A stretch of 64,000 bases of DNA from Felis catus (Eukaryota): the NCBI RefSeq assembly GCF_018350175.1, contig NC_058383.1:16060001-16124000 (forward strand), given 5' to 3'. The position numbers and the translations under genes were made by a program. How positions within the stretch are numbered: position 1 is the stretch's first letter; every line of letters starts with the position of its first letter. The notes under the pieces were generated by a model. The model made no database searches, had not been told where the DNA came from, and was given only the letters and a program-made list of their open reading frames with translations. Below, piece after piece: positions 62,830 to 64,000 of this stretch.

Positions 62830-64000
62830 CTAAAACTCAACCTTGACCTCATCTTACTTCACACTCCACATCCAGTCTGTTAGGAAGGAAATCCTGTTGA
62901 TCTTAAAAAATTATCCAGGATCTGACCACTTCTCTGACCTTGGTCAGAACCACTATCATGTCCCACCCAGATATTGCTATGGTCTCCCTGCTTCTACCCA
63001 AATCTTCCTGCAGTCTCTTTTCAACTTGGCAGTCAGAGGATCCTTTTAAATCAGGAGACAGATTGTGTCACTTCTCTGCTCAGAACCCTCTTGGGATTTC
63101 CATCTGAAAGTAAAAGCCAAAGTCCTGGCATTGACCTCCAAGGGCTCACATGATCTGCACTGATCCCTGCTCGTCAACCCTCTAGACTTCTTCCCTACTT
63201 CTCCCTCACTCTCTCTGCTCCGTTGGCCACCTTCCTGAGCCTCAGACACACCTGACAGCTCTTAGGGCCTTTACTTTGTTCCTTCTGCCTGAAATGTTCT
63301 TCCCTCAGTTAGTCTGCTGGCTGGCTCCTTCACCTCCTGCAAGCCATTGCTTCATGTTCACTTTATTAAGCTTAACCCATTCTATTTTCTATTACTTTCT
63401 GTGCTCATTCCCACTATTAATTTCCAATTGCTGCTGTAACAAATTACCATTAAAAAGTTGCTTAAAAAAACACAAATTGATTATCTTACAGATCCGGGAG
63501 GTAAAAAATCCAAATTAAGTCTTATAGGACTAAAATCAAGGTGTCAGCAGGGCTTCATTCCTTCTGGAGTCTCCAAAGAGAATCTATTTCCTTGCTTTTC
63601 CCAGCTTCCCGAAGCCGCCTGCATTCCTGGACTCATGGCCTTTCCATCTTCAAAGTCAGCACCATGACATTTTCAAATCTCCCTCACCCCGCTTCCATTG
63701 CCACATCTCCTTCTCCAACTCTGGCTCTCCTACCCTCCCTCTTTCCCTTAAAAGGACCCTTGATTACATTGGGTTGACCCAGATAGTCCAGGATAAACTC
63801 CTCATATAAAATCCTTCATCATATCTACAAAGTGCCTTTTGCTATTTAAGGTAATATATACACAGGTCTCAGACATTAGGACATGGGCATCTTTGGGAAG
63901 CCATGACTTTGTCTAGCATTAATGATTCTCTTACCTTACCCTAGTTTTTCTTTTTTTCCAAAATACTTATCAACTTTAACATGCTTTACCTATCTACTAG
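62830..64000. mobile_element. L2 fragment (+) interrupted by an MLT1 LTR (~63415-63915, -)
   Basis: L2 cagattgtgtcacttctctgctcagaaccctc; MLT1 ttgctgctgtaacaaattacca..aatcaaggtgtcagcagggc. Confidence 0.7.

Noticed and set aside
1..64000. CRISPR arrays, rRNA or prokaryotic systems
   Set aside because: Eukaryotic DNA; no repeat-spacer arrays or rRNA-like sequence seen.

Overview
Mammalian genomic DNA from a felid, most likely the domestic cat or a close relative, judged by abundant felid-type CAN-SINEs. One functional gene is recognisable: VKORC1L1 on the minus strand. Its coding exon 1 (18147-18340) and CpG-island promoter (~17650-18800) are present, bases 1-18146 are intron 1, and later exons lie outside the window. 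The rest is repeat-rich (CAN-SINE, L1, L2, MIR, MaLR/ERVL LTRs, hAT MITEs). It includes a near full-length, disabled RNF2 (RING1B) processed pseudogene with UTRs, poly(A) tail and a 9-bp target-site duplication (TSD) at 57885-61331. The most unexpected signal is a set of mutually similar, apparently non-repeat segments at about 25.4, 30.9, 36.2 and 39.2 kb, all on the minus strand. They read as degenerate C2H2 zinc-finger exons and are interleaved with weaker KRAB-like remnants, suggesting a fossil tandem KRAB-ZNF array upstream of VKORC1L1. An in-frame upstream ATG could also give VKORC1L1 a polyglycine N-terminal extension. Repeat family names and most repeat boundaries were assigned by eye and are approximate.
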